In this document: positions 1 through 12,200 of the stretch, in pieces
How the letters are laid out: the number at the start of each line of letters is the position of its first letter
Position numbering within the stretch: position 1 is the stretch's first letter
NCBI RefSeq assembly: GCF_000760515.2
Contig: NW_013546611.1
Span: 1-58,243 of the forward strand
Direction: 5' to 3'
Source: Mitosporidium daphniae
Taxonomy: Eukaryota
Length of the DNA stretch: 58,243 nucleotides
The notes under the pieces: generated by a model
Databases searched by the model: none
The model's input: the letters and a program-made list of their open reading frames with translations, nothing else
What the model was told of the DNA's origin: nothing
Made by a program: the position numbers and the translations under genes

Positions 1-718
1 TTTGCCCCGTCACAAGTCGTTCGTCTACAACAACAAACGGGCTAAAAGGATGCGCCGATTCAAAGTGGGCTCCACATTCGCGAAGCCTATCTTCAATGAG
101 ATATGGGAGGCAATGGTCGATGTTTAGAATTTTTTCCTCTTCATTTGTGGGGCCAGTGCATCTTCTGCCTTTAAGAAAATTCTTACACAATGGGGAGGCT
201 TTTGGCTTGTCTTTTTCTTCTGACTGGCACGAAAACAAGGCACACACACCATGCCCAATGGTCCCTATGATACCGCGATTCTTGAAATAAACGGCATCGA
301 TAATCTTACAAAGAGTATCATTTGAAGCGAGATCCACCATGGTCGCATACTTTCCGGGTATAAGGACAATCGAATATTCTTCGGGATTAATGCTGCTGAG
401 CGGTTTAGTGTCATGGAATCTATCGAGCAGACTGGTATCTCTTAAGAACTCGCGGACATATGAGTCCTTTTCTGTTTCCTCTTTGGAACTTGGGTCAACA
501 GGTGCCATTCCACCATGTGGCGTAGCAAAGGTAATGGGAAGCTTCATTTTCTTACAAAGATTCAAGTATATGTAAGCAACTTCCTTGATGTCGAAGCCCG
601 AAACTGTTTTTTGCTCCGAGGAGGGAGTGGTGCAGCATTTATCACCGGGTGGGCATGATGAGGAAATCGTGTTTGAATTGGTTAGAACAACAAGTACAGA
701 TTTTGTGGATGAAGGCAT
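1..718 (-). CDS. DJ-1/PfpI (class I glutamine amidotransferase-like) protein, GATD1/Hsp31-like; 3' end runs off the window
   Basis: Not in the ORF track. Manual translation from ATG 718 is open to the window edge: MPSSTKSVLVVLTN...ITFATPHGGMAPVDPSS...YSIVLIPGKYATMVDLA...GTIGHGVCAL...RCTGPTNEEE...VVVDERLVTGQ, which are typical DJ-1/PfpI blocks. Confidence 0.85.
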   Translation of the reverse strand, partial: MPSSTKSVLVVLTNSNTISSSCPPGDKCCTTPSSEQKTVSGFDIKEVAYIYLNLCKKMKLPITFATPHGGMAPVDPSSKEETEKDSYVREFLRDTSLLDRFHDTKPLSSINPEEYSIVLIPGKYATMVDLASNDTLCKIIDAVYFKNRGIIGTIGHGVCALFSCQSEEKDKPKASPLCKNFLKGRRCTGPTNEEEKILNIDHCLPYLIEDRLRECGAHFESAHPFSPFVVVDERLVTGQ

Positions 719-895
719 TTTTTGGGCTTGGAAATTTGCACGCCCATTTATAGTACAGAGAAAGTTAAGAGTTGAGTTTGATTTCTGACATAAAATAAAC
801 TTAAATTGATCAATCGCCTGTTTATTAGCAAATTGAGTTGTTGGAGACAAATTAACAGCCAACGGTTTGACAAACTGCCTCGGCAACAAATTATT

Positions 896-1714
896 TTATT
901 CAATTGAGGAGCGGATTAAATTCCAAGGCAACGATGGGCCATATCGTTTGGAAATATTGACGATTTTCTTGGAGCATTCTTGCGAGTTCGCAATGCTGTT
1001 TATCATGATATCGGACTTGTTGGGCAATAATTCTTCACATCGTGTTGGATCCACCAGGATAATTTTCTCTGGAAGGTCAGAGTTGATATCCATTTCTTTG
1101 GGTTGGCTTAAAGGTATAATGGCAATAGTTTTGGAGGATAAATTTATATTGGGAGCTATCAAAGGTATTTGAGACAGGCTTCCAGACTTGCTGACAATCA
1201 CCGATCCATCCTCCAGCTCGTCTATGGTCACTACAGGAAGGAAAAATGCCTTCAGCACGGCCACAGAGGCATCAAGGATTAGCTCAAAAATAGATCCGTC
1301 ATCAACAAGAACAAGCACCTCGAGATAAACGGCCCAAACGGCGCTGGAGCCTTCATTGATTGGAAAGGTAGAGTGCTGCAAAACCGGATAAAGGATCGAA
1401 TGCAACGCTTGGGAATATCTGATGTCCTTGTCTTTAGAAGGGTAGATTTCACTTGGGCTTGAATAAAATGAAACTTTGGTTGCAAGAAATCCACATCCAG
1501 ACACACTAGGCGTGGTAACCTGCGGAAAAATGTTTATGTAAATGACTGAATTTCCTTTCCTAACGATGTGTGATTGATACTCTGAAGATTCAGACAAAGA
1601 GGCCTTGGATATTGTAAAGTCTGGTCTGGCTTCGGAAAACGACCTCCCATCCGATCTAAGTCCCTCCGCGAAAAAGGCCTCATGATACTGCTCAGGGCAA
1701 ACGACGCTGAACAT
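896..1714 (-). CDS. Exosome core RNase PH-like subunit (Rrp43/Rrp42 type)
   Basis: N-terminal 'EGLRSDGRSFSEAR' and 'WAVYLEVLVLVDDGSIFE' match RNase PH-family exosome subunits; 272 aa, single exon. Confidence 0.75.
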   Translation of the reverse strand: MFSVVCPEQYHEAFFAEGLRSDGRSFSEARPDFTISKASLSESSEYQSHIVRKGNSVIYINIFPQVTTPSVSGCGFLATKVSFYSSPSEIYPSKDKDIRYSQALHSILYPVLQHSTFPINEGSSAVWAVYLEVLVLVDDGSIFELILDASVAVLKAFFLPVVTIDELEDGSVIVSKSGSLSQIPLIAPNINLSSKTIAIIPLSQPKEMDINSDLPEKIILVDPTRCEELLPNKSDIMINSIANSQECSKKIVNISKRYGPSLPWNLIRSSIE

Positions 1715-1776
1715 GAATTTTTTTGTAATTTAAAATTGACATGTCCATTTGCGCCAAATTCAATTTTATTTTCCCA

Positions 1777-4664
1777 ATGGCAACAAATTTCTGCAATACT
1801 GTAGGAGAATGGCTTTGTTCCAATACTTTATTCTTAGGATGATACGTATGCAATCTTACAAGACATAAGCAAAATCACGGCATACTTTTCTCCCGGCTCT
1901 GCTTCTGCTAAGGAAGGCGAGCATACTTGGCAGCTACATGAAGATTGTTGGAAACGCATCGGTGAGATTTGCAATGCCGTTCTTGCATGCATTAAAATCC
2001 ATCCATCGGCAAACATCTGCTTGTCCGAAATTGAGCCTGTCTTTTTAAAATCGTTTTCATACAATTCGCCTCTTGCACAAGCTTTATCCACATCGGTAGC
2101 ATTATGTCCATTTGATAAGATAGATTGTTTCTGATAGAACAAAACTGTCCGGCAGCGCCACTGAGCTTGTTGCTAGAATCGCCGAAATTTATGTTTATTT
2201 TTCGAAACACTCTGTTGAAAGCTTTTCTTTTTTGGACAACGCGTCATCATGCAGCATGCTTACCAGCAATTCGAGCCAGTATTCCATTTTCGTTGCCTTG
2301 CTAAAACTGTGTGGACGTGCTAATCGCATTTTTGTTGTTCGTTCTATTTCGGCTGTTGAGGCTCTGATAAAAATGGGGCTTCCTGCCCCGTTACTAGTGC
2401 ATCGTGTCAATGAGATGATAGCATCTCAAAACAAATCGCTTAGACAATATGCATCTACGTTTGTGTTGAAATTTCTTGAACAAGGTTTCGTGTTGCTACT
2501 GACTTACTTTAGAGGGCATCGATCTGCAAGAAGAAGAAAATCTTTTGCTAGGAAAATTCCTTTTGGTGGCCATAGCCGATGCCTCACAAGAGGTCCGCTC
2601 AAATGCCGTTGCAGCGTTTAAAATATACCGGTCAAAGTTTCCGGATTTCGCTTCAAGGTTGGATTTTGTTTATAGCTTTGCTAGGTTTCTCGAAACTGCC
2701 TCACCGCATGCTCTTAAGGTTTTGCAAATCAAGGTCAATTTATCTGGAGGCACCACTCCTTCTGTTTTGAGAAGGACTGAACTTTTTCGAAGATCAGCGT
2801 CCGCCTCGACCTCTGCCCAGCATACCCAGTTGAATGAAAAAAACTACATTGTTGGCTCTAATTCAAAGCTTCAAGGATCAAATGCAGCTGACGACGTTAT
2901 CATTTTCTCTGCGCCATCAAATGCCAACCCAAGCGGCGGGGGAAGATTTGGTGCTTCCGTACGGATTTCTAAACCGCCATCGCCAGAGCCATGCTTGGTT
3001 AGCGGGTTTAGCACGATGCAACCACCCTCCTTTGAGGCTCATCACAATCTTAAAACGCCCGCCGTTGTTACTAAGACCAGGGTTTCATCTATTGAGTCTG
3101 GAGCGGCGAGAATTCCGCTTCCTAGACCATCCGGCTCGATATTTATTTCACCGCCATCAAGAGACCCTTGTATGCAAAGCTCAGCCAGCACTATGCCAAA
3201 GTTAAATGAGGAGGAAGATTTTCGGCCACCCGTCATTGATTCTTCGCTCCTTTTTCCGCTGAAAAGCGCAAAATGGGAAGTTAGGGCCAATGTGCTTGGC
3301 ACTCTTAAGCAGCTTTTCTCCAAACGTGGCCAAATTTGTTCGGTTGAAAAGCTGACTAAAATCATACCGCTTCTTGTCGATATCTGCCTTTATGATAAAC
3401 ATGCCAAAGTTGTATTTTTGGCTTTTGATGCTCTTGAAGCTATGCTTGCTCCTTTTGCATGCTGTCAGGCCCCTGGGGACTTGACGGCTATTCTCCATTC
3501 GATCAGTGGCCGATTGTGTGAATTAATTGTAAAAGGATTCCAAACTGCCTTGGCAAAAGGGGAGCGAATCAATAATATTTCCTATCCAGTGGCCCTCAAT
3601 TCGTCTTCCATTGTAAAGCTAATTTCGCTGCTGCTTCATTTGGATGTTACGGCTATGAATTGCCGCGCAGGGTTGTATTTAATCTCGGGCATTAAATGTA
3701 ATTCATTTGCTTCCTCGCAAAGCTTTAGATCTACTTTGCTTGGAACTGTGATCCCTGCTGTTATTGCTCTTCTTCCACTGGCGGTATGCAATTCAAGAGT
3801 GAAGAATATCCTAGATTGCCTGATCTCTTGTAATACCCTTTTTTCGGACAAGAGCTTACGTCCTCACATTGACAAATTACTCGCCTCTTTTTTGATTAAA
3901 TCCCATGCGGTAGTATTGGCGTCGTCAAATAGAGACCCCAGGCTTTCTATGATAATTAAAGGCCTTCCCTCTGCCCTTTTGCATGCTACACAAGAGATGC
4001 AGGAGAATATCCTACTCGAAGAAAGTCTGTCGTTGTCTGTTTCTGCAGCCGAAAATGAACCTCTGATTGAGGAATCTGTGCAATCGTACAGACCAACCAG
4101 CCATGAAGTGCCTTGCATTGCCACTTTTCATGCCGATTCACATAATCATACGAAGGAAAGTGCGGGTGTTCAGAAACTTGGGGATGAAATGGATACCAGC
4201 ACAAGCCCGAACGCAAATGTGGCAACTTCAGTTGAGAGTCCAATTGTAGCAAATGAAGTGCATATGGCTGCCTCAATTTTGCAAGACAACTTGGGCTCCA
4301 GTCAATCGCCACTCCACGCTATCGTTGGCAAAGAAGCTACCATGAACCATGATCAACCACATCCCAATCAGGACGCATTTGCAAACGAAGCTGCTCGGTA
4401 TGATATCACTAATGAATGCGATATCACTAATGGATGCGATATCACTAACGAATGCGATATCACAGATGGAGATGTGTTCATCAATGAAAACTTGGTAAGA
4501 CTTTGTTTGTTTGACGAATGTAGGAATTTGACATCGAATGGTATGACAAGACGGTTATTCTTGATCCCTCGCAGTTGGAAGGATTTTATGAACATATTGG
4601 CGAGTATTCTTTGCCACACCTTGACACTGCATTGGAGCCTTCCAACATACCGATTCACATGTAA
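1777..4664 (+). CDS. CLASP/Stu1-like HEAT/TOG microtubule-associated protein (multi-exon)
   Basis: CLASP_N-like segments (LLKLCGRANRIFV, SQNKSLRQYA, IADASQEVRSNA), then an S/P-rich linker and a second HEAT region (SAKWEVR...DKHAKVV). Predicted last intron is 4495-4523 with stop at 4662-4664; the exact 3' end is uncertain. Confidence 0.7.
4402..4470 (+). repeat. 18-bp coding tandem repeat, about 4 copies (DITNEC)
   Basis: gatatcactaatgaatgc / gatatcactaatggatgc / gatatcactaacgaatgc / gatatcacagatgga. Confidence 0.9.
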
Positions 4665-4827
4665 ACTACATGCAATCGAAAAGACAACATACGAGACCGG
4701 ATCAGCGAGCGGACATCATCCAGTTTCATTATATAAAGCAGTGCATAGCATATCACATCTCCATTGTAGCCGCGATGGCGTTGGCATTTGTATTGATAAC
4801 TTGGTTGTGGATCTTTACTTAAGTTGT

Positions 4828-6854
4828 TTATTTACAAATAGACCTCATCAAGTCTGCCAGATAACTAAACGAAAGGGATGTCCAATAAATGCTACCTTGA
4901 TGAGTTTAGTATGCAAGTTCCTCCAATTAAAAGAGAAGATCCCAGTTCTTGGGCATTGTATAACGAAACAAGCCGCATCTCCTCAAAGGTAACTCCATTG
5001 ATAAGGAATATGATCGCTTCCTTGGGCCTAATCATGAGAATCGCAAAACAGTTAACTTTTCTTTGACGGGTTGGTCGAAAAAGGGAAACTGCTTGTCCGA
5101 TAACTTTCCTTTGATAAGAAGTTCGATCACTTGCTGAAGCTGCGGCTTGTGCCGTGTATAGACCAACTCCACGTCATCCTTTGATGGGAAATAAACCAAA
5201 TTAATGCACTACCTTGATCCCGGACGAAAATGCCTGGCGTGCACGGGTAAATATGGAGTCCTTAAATATGTTCATAGCAGAGGAGTTGGAGCCACTTGCG
5301 TCACACTCAATTTTTATGTCAAGAATGGAGAAGATGCGCCTGAGAGAATCCAGAAACTAAAAGTCTATTCAACACACCAAATACCTCGATTTGTTCGTTG
5401 GTGAGATCTGGAAACAGCTGCTTTATCTCGGAAAAAGTTCTCGATGAATAGATTCCCAGCTTCACGATCGACAACACGGCCAATTTAAACTTCATTGCAT
5501 CGTCGTGGATCAGCTTTTTGGACAGCAGAGACTTTAGTTGAGAAATGATGATTTCGGCCTCAGGATCTACAGAAGCATTGTTTTCAAGACCTAAATACAT
5601 GCCGCCGAAGCCTTTTTTTCCCGAGGCAGAGGAAAGCGTTGCCGACACCAAACTTTGCTCAAATTCGGAAATTTCGTACAAAGAAAGATGATCAACGACA
5701 TTGTGAAGTTTCTCCAAAAGCTTGACGTGTTTTTGGACATTTGCTTCGCGTTCAGAAAACTGCCCGTGTTGCTCGGTAAATCGCTTCATTTCGGAAAGAG
5801 ATTCAATTTTCAAGTGTTTTCCGCGCATGTCAAAAAACTCTTGAATGTACGTTTTAAGAGCAAGGCCAACATCCCCATAATATTTCAGCCTGTTTTCAGA
5901 AAAAAACGGATCTCGAGATTCTTGGAATGAAAGGGCTATGGGGCCGGTGTTCGTCGAAGCAGGCTGCTGATTTTCTTCATCTTGCTCGTCTAGCAGAATC
6001 CGATCGTCTTTAATGTTAAAAAACTCGTGTAGCATTGATTGGTATGACCACGGAATCAAAAGAGGGGTTATCGGGTCGATGCTTCGATCTAAAAGAAGTA
6101 AAATTGGCGCCGTGTCGCACACCCGCGGAAAAGAAAAGAGCTGCGGATCCTCCTTGAGCATATCCTATTTTTAGCAAAAGATGCGCCTACACTCAATGAT
6201 CTTGCCAACTGGTACGTCATTGGCGAGGATGCCATGTACCTAATCAGCGGTCTTTTCTGAAGCGTCAGGATCAATGCAGCCAGCGACTCTGTAGATCGGT
6301 ACAAGGCATCTTTATCCCAATGGCCAATCGACTCTGCAGGCATACAGTGTGGAATGCCAAGATAGAAGGAGCATTCGCTAGCCAGAAATACATCCAAGAA
6401 CAGTTCCTAAACTTAGAAAAAAAATCAACACTGATTTCAACGACTCGCTCTTGAAAGTCCTGCTTTGCAAGAAATTCGATCTGCGATGGCTTGACAAAAT
6501 TCGCAAAGTCTATGCATTAGTCATAGCGAGCGGCACATATGGAGTAAGAGGCGTATTTTGGCGCGGCAAGTTCGGCAGCAAGTGCAGAAATGATTGGCGG
6601 TGTAGGTCTGACAAACACAATGCAATTTAAACACCTCAAGCTGGAACGCAGCTCCACATTTTCAATAAGGTCGACCAGGTAGATCTCCTTGGTGAGCAGA
6701 TAGGAGAGGGGCACGATCAAACTCAAATATTTGATCTACATCATAATATGCAAGTTGCAGATACTGTCGTGGAATCCACAAGCATCACAGTGGGCCCACT
6801 CGCGGAGCGTGTAATAGCATCAATGTACCTCTGAAAGCTCTTCAGCAAATTCAT
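4828..6854 (-). CDS. VPS45: Sec1/Munc18-family protein Vps45 (many short introns)
   Basis: Exons read MNLLKSFQRYID..., CIVFVRPT, LLLLDRSIDPITPLLIPWSYQSMLHE, VYTRHKPQL, IIFLINGVTFEE, LIGGTCILNS, with the stop at 4828-4830. Confidence 0.85.
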
Positions 6855-7050
6855 GGGTAAAATTGAAACCTGAAAATTGAAAATTGAATTGCATTTGGCA
6901 ATCACAATGCAAGTTTTGATTACTTGGAATGGGGTCGAACTTTTGGAAATTGGACTGGAATTTGGAAATTGGTTTACAATTTTGTTCAGTGTGGTTGGGG
7001 TTGCATTTTTTCACATTTAAAATCTAAGATTCCGCAGCATCGTATTCTTG
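6855..7050. promoter_or_regulatory. Bidirectional promoter between VPS45 and HID1 with iterated TTGGAAATT/ATTGG elements
   Basis: Divergent ATGs about 200 bp apart; repeated ttggaaattgg / aaattg motifs at 6870-6975. Confidence 0.5.
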
Positions 7051-9904
7051 ATGGGGGCCACGGAAAGCAAAATTAACATATGCGATGCCCTCAAGTCCAT
7101 CGCATACAAGGAAAAGATATCGGAGATTGTATTTTATTTTCTCTTTCTATTAGCCATTTCTTGAAGATGAGCATCCCTTCTGGTCCACTCTATGGCAAGA
7201 CCAAGGGCTGCCGCTTGAGGAGATACTTGAGAAAATCCCTCCAACAGTAATCAGAGAGGCACTCCATTCCAACCCAGAGGCGGTATTAATCATCCTCACA
7301 AAGGTAAGCCCTTTCGTCTCTCAAGCGCAGCTTGTTGCCGTGATCAAGGAGTTTCTCGCACCCACCTTTTCGGGCCAGTTTCCCAGTGTCCGACAATACG
7401 TGGCAGATTCGGCCACCATCCAAAAACTGCTACATGCAACGCGAATGCTATGCAGGATCCTTCCGATCATATTTGAAGATCAGAAGCTACGAATCCTTTT
7501 TGCTCAACAGCACTCTGTGCCTATAGGCAGTGCCGTTGACTCGACCGAAGAATGGGTACACGATTTGCTCTTTTTTTAGTGTGGACTGGCGCCAGCTGTT
7601 CTTGATTTGCTCTTTGTGCCTGGGTTTACCATCCCTCCCAATGCCACGGACGAAAATATCAAGGTTTTCTACTCGATCTGGGAGTCCGGAATTGGTTCTG
7701 AAAAGCAGGTAGAGTCGTTCCAACAAATCGACCTCAACCGCATGGAAATCATACGCCTCATTCTTGTGCTGTTTTCATGGCGCATGTTCCAGGAGCCATG
7801 TATTAATGTCCCTTCCTATTTGTAGCTTCGCGAGAGTTACCGCCATTTTCTTTTTTTATTGCGTGTACCCTGAAGGAGCCGCTCGTGCTCTCGCTTTTGT
7901 GTTCATTGCTCAACGTGATTCTTAAATTTGACCCGAATGGCTGGGGACTACCGTAAATCCATTCGCATAATCGTTCATAGGTATTCGCATCTTTTCTTTG
8001 CCGACGAGTATTGCGAACAATTTGCTTCTCTTTGCGTCCAATTACTAAACTTGCTGCTTGATTTTGACCCCGCCACATATCTACTGGATGCAACGCCTTG
8101 CCCATCTGAAGAACCGCGTGCAAATCACACTTTGAAGCCCGAATTGACTCCAGAGCCCCAGCCCGTTTCTATTCCGGAGTCGATATCCCCTGAACCCGTT
8201 TCAAACTGCTCCGTGACCGAATCGAGCCCAGAATTGGGGGTCGGTGACCTTTTCAAGTCCCCCATTCTAGATGATGTCAACCTTGCCAGCGCAAAAGCTG
8301 AAGATATCAAAGAAAATGATCCCCCCACCCATACGAATACACGCTCGTTGCTTGAAGATGTCCCTCTAGAAATTGATATCACTGGTCCGTCGCTCAGAGC
8401 AATCATATTTGGCCCCGAAACCTCGGGCGACATCAAGGTTAGTCTGCTTGTCTTATTTTTTTAGACGTTCGGCAATAGCTTCCGAAACTACTTGGGCAAG
8501 CTGTACCGCGAATCCGACTTCCGTCGGATTTATGCAGGCTTTTTGGCGTTGTTGACCAATCCCATTCGGGTAAGTAATTTCCCCACTTGCCATAGGCTTC
8601 TTCGGCAGTGCTCCCTGCATCTGTACATCAGATTTCGGTCTACCCTGAGATCATGATTCTACTGTGGAGGCTGATTGATCTCAATTCAGCCTTTTTCAAG
8701 TTCATCGTGTATGAGGAATCGATCCTGGACTTTGTCTCGGCATTGACATATTACGCCTCGGAGGCTGAACTCGATCAATGTAAGTGCGTTCTTTTAAATC
8801 CAGCTGCCGACGGGTTGGTACACCTATCCTGCTTTGTGCTGCTGCAGCTTAGCAGTGAGCGCGAACTGGCCATCAGGCTTAACACACCGTATACGGATTT
8901 TCGGGTCCACGGCCGACACTTGCCTGAATTTTCTGGCTCATATGGAGACTTTTTCGTGCTATCCATGGTTCGGATCCTTGGGGCCAGCAGCAATCGCCTG
9001 CTTACGATTGGTGAATGCCTGTTGACGGCAATTCTGAACATTTCGCCATACTTGAAGGTGCAAATACCCAAGTTTATCTTTTAGACTCTTTCTCCCGTCA
9101 CAACACATCGGCTTATTGCGTTGTTTGAACAACTTGCACGCCTTTCCGTTGACCGCTCATCGATACCGCATGCCAAGTGTGCCCACCTGCTTCTACGCAC
9201 GTTCACCACCATGATGCAATACCAATACGACGGCATGGTGTGTCTGATTGCTGGATTAATGCGTTCAAGAGCTTTCTTCGAGACACTTGCCAAGTGGCGG
9301 TATTCAGATTATGTCATGGGCGAAGGCATCGGGTCCATTTTCAAACGGGATCCGGAGATGCAAGCGGAGATCTCTAGTACGCATCGTTGGACCGAAGAAG
9401 AGGTAAATGTGGCAACTGATCCGTAGTTCATGGAAGCATTCAAGCTACTTGATTGTTCACTGCTAGTCAGTGTCTTTAAGTGCCTCGATCCTGATCTCAA
9501 GTTGCTACTCAAGTAAGTTTTGGTTCAGTGCTGATTTTTGCATTTCCCTGTTGAATGTTTCCCGCTTTTGTATCGATTTATTTAACAATAGAAGAGATGA
9601 TGCCGTCGTAGCTGAGGATGAAATGGTGCGGTTTCTGCGCAAACGCACGCTAGTGGGGTTGGTACCACTCAACTATCCTCTACAGGTGATCCGCTTTAGA
9701 ATGAGCCCAGAGATCCAATCGTGGCTCACCTCATATATGTATGGAATTGTTTGTCTGCATCAGGAGCAGGCCTCGATCTGGAACAATACGGCCATCAAGC
9801 TTTTTGTGGTACGCTACGAAGATTCGGAGCAAGGTATGGGCTTGGAAACATCTACCTCAGAATCTGAGTGCCATAACGACATAGTACTGCCTTTAATGCC
9901 TTAG
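7051..9904 (+). CDS. HID1: HID1/Ecm30 (dymeclin-family) Golgi protein (multi-exon)
   Basis: N-terminal MGATESK myristoylation-type motif; RMLCRILPIIFE, DLLFVPGFT, IWESGIG, NRMEIIRL, LSSERELAIRLNTPY, NISPYLK and C-terminal IWNNTAIKLF are HID1 hallmarks. Confidence 0.85.
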
Positions 9905-10034
9905 GAAATTAATTTCTTTCAGCTCAATAAAAATTCACAAAAGAATTTGTTTCAATCCCCGGTTTGGTGGAAATTTAATTTAATTTAATTTGGTTTAATT
10001 TCAAGCCTAGCCAATAATTTTAAATTAATATTCA

Positions 10035-11426
10035 ATGAGCAGTGTCCTGGAGGAGGGCATGAAGCGCCTTGCCGTGTCCACAGCGACTGATGCGTTTGCG
10101 GCAAAGGAGCCCTTCTCTATTGTCTTTATTGGCCATGTAGACGCCGGTAAATCGACCCTTGGTGGCCACATCCTGTATGCAACGGGTCAGGTGGACCAGC
10201 GTACTTTAGAAAAATACGAGCGCGAGTCCAAAGAGCTTAATCGTGAATCGTGGTATTTATCGTGGGCACTGGACACAAACCAAGAAGAACGTTCAAAAGG
10301 CATCACCGTCGAGTGTGGAAAGGCATCTTTTGAGACGGCTCGTCGTCGCTTCACTATTCTCGATGCTCCAGGACACAAGAATTATGTGCCAAACATGATC
10401 AGTGGAGCTGCACAGGCAGATATTGCAATCTTGGTCATCTCGGCACGTAAGGGCGAGTTTGAGACGGGGTTTGAACGCGGGGGACAGACGCGCGAGCACG
10501 CAATGCTAGCCAAAACACTTGGCGTCCGCCGGATTGTTATCGTCGTCAACAAGATGGATGATTCCACCGTGCAATGGTCTGAGATTAGATACAAGGAAAT
10601 CGTTTCCAGACTGACAACATTTCTCAAGGGATGTGGCTTCAAGGAGCGAGATTGCGATTTTCTACCACTTTCCGGCTTCACAGGGGATAACCTCGTCGAG
10701 CGAATCAAAAAGAGCATTTGTGCTTGGTATGATGGGCCCTCATTGTTACAACTTCTTGACGAACTGCCCTCATGGGAGCGGAAAGTCGATGCACCCTTCA
10801 TGATGCCCATTTCTGAAAAGAGCAAGGATATGGGCACACTTCTTTCGGGGAAGATCGAATCGGGCTCGCTTGTTCGTGGGTCGCACCTTTTGGTGATGCC
10901 TAATAGGCGAGAGATTGAAGTGACCTCCATATTTTTTGAAGGTTCAGGTGAGGTTGAGGCTCAACGTGCGTCTTCTGGCGACATTGTTCGCATCAAAGTA
11001 AAAGGAATTGAGGAGGAAGACGTCTCGCCAGGATTTGTACTTTGTGATGTGGATCGTCCAATTTCCGTGGTTACTCGCTTCATGGCACAGATGATGATAG
11101 TCGAGCACAAGAATATCATATGTCCGGGATACACTGCTGTTATGCATGCCCACTCGCTAGTCGAAGAGGTTACCATTATCAAGTTTCTTTTCCTACTTGA
11201 TCCGAAGACTGGGGAGAAAACCCAAGCAAAACCAAAATTTGCAAAGCAAGGCCAGACGCTCATTGTCGATATCAAGTGTTCAGGCCCCGTCTGCTTAGAG
11301 ACGTTTGAAACGCACCAGCAACTGGGTCGCTTCAATCTCCGCGACGAGGGAAAGACCATTGCAATTGGCAGGATTCTGCGCTTAGCTTCCTCCTCTGCCC
11401 CTACTGACTTGCATGTCAGTCAATAA
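10035..11426 (+). CDS. SUP35: Eukaryotic peptide chain release factor GTP-binding subunit eRF3
   Basis: GHVDAGKS, RESWYLSWALD, DAPGHKNYVPNMI, GGQTREH, NKMD, QLGRFNLRDEGKTIAIG. Confidence 0.93.
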   Translation: MSSVLEEGMKRLAVSTATDAFAAKEPFSIVFIGHVDAGKSTLGGHILYATGQVDQRTLEKYERESKELNRESWYLSWALDTNQEERSKGITVECGKASFETARRRFTILDAPGHKNYVPNMISGAAQADIAILVISARKGEFETGFERGGQTREHAMLAKTLGVRRIVIVVNKMDDSTVQWSEIRYKEIVSRLTTFLKGCGFKERDCDFLPLSGFTGDNLVERIKKSICAWYDGPSLLQLLDELPSWERKVDAPFMMPISEKSKDMGTLLSGKIESGSLVRGSHLLVMPNRREIEVTSIFFEGSGEVEAQRASSGDIVRIKVKGIEEEDVSPGFVLCDVDRPISVVTRFMAQMMIVEHKNIICPGYTAVMHAHSLVEEVTIIKFLFLLDPKTGEKTQAKPKFAKQGQTLIVDIKCSGPVCLETFETHQQLGRFNLRDEGKTIAIGRILRLASSSAPTDLHVSQ

Positions 11427-11679
11427 TAAACCTATTTGGAGCTGCACTGTTACCGACTTGAATCGTCGATGTGGCACTGTTACATTACGTGCTGGCAATG
11501 GCCCTAGTTTTGGATTCCGTATTTTCCAAGTTTGCGCCTACATTCTAACAAGCAGATGTGCCAATACTTATGACCACCTACATGCAAGTTGAATGCACAC
11601 ATTTTCCTGGTGCCCAAATGGGCCAAAACACTATTTATGTGTGATGCCAGCGGTTTATTGACGATAAATACTACAGCGT

Positions 11680-12095
11680 CTACTTGGCGGCAGCAGTGGC
11701 GATCTTACGGGCCCCAGAAGCTGCACCAGCCTACTGTAAAAAGTATATACCCTACCTTGTAATTGAAGCGGGGGACATGGCGAACGCGGCGTCCATCACG
11801 GGAACGTACTCTCACCACGCGCGAATGAATGGCGCATGAGACACAATATTGCATCTTGATGTAGAGCTTTGGAAGGGCATATTCGTCATAAACGGATGCT
11901 TCGGAGATGTCGCGCACAGCGGCGCTTTCAACGATGTTTCGGACAAGGAATCGTTTGACAGCCTTGTCTTTGGGTGTGCAGCGCCCACAATTGACACAAC
12001 GAATGGGGTTTACATGTCCGCGACCGTGCTTTGAACGTCCACAATTTCTACGTTTTTGGGTCTACAAAGAAAGATAAATTAGCATGATCTACCAT
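11680..12095 (-). CDS. RPS26: 40S ribosomal protein eS26 (2 introns)
   Basis: ATG, intron 12062-12092, then [34 protein letters not shown]...[16 protein letters not shown], intron 11731-11755, then [16 protein letters not shown]. Confidence 0.95.
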
Positions 12096-12200
12096 TTCCG
12101 GTGATGGATGTAATCAGAAATAAATCGACGAAATAATTGGAAATGTTCTCTTCGAAATTTATTACCAATTGGCAACTTAATTTTAATTTAGACTTTAATT

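Noticed and set aside
96..788. Short plus-strand ORFs here and the many other antisense or overlapping ORFs in the track
   Set aside because: They are shadows of well-supported genes on the other strand or frame and have no motifs of their own.
4495..4992. C-terminal part of the 815-aa ORF 2545..4992
   Set aside because: It overlaps the last VPS45 exons on the opposite strand. A strong GTAAGA...TAG intron at 4495-4523 gives an earlier stop at 4664.
10035..11426. EF-1alpha or Hbs1 identity for the GTPase
   Set aside because: RESWYLSWALD and GRFNLRDEGKTIAIG fit eRF3 better.
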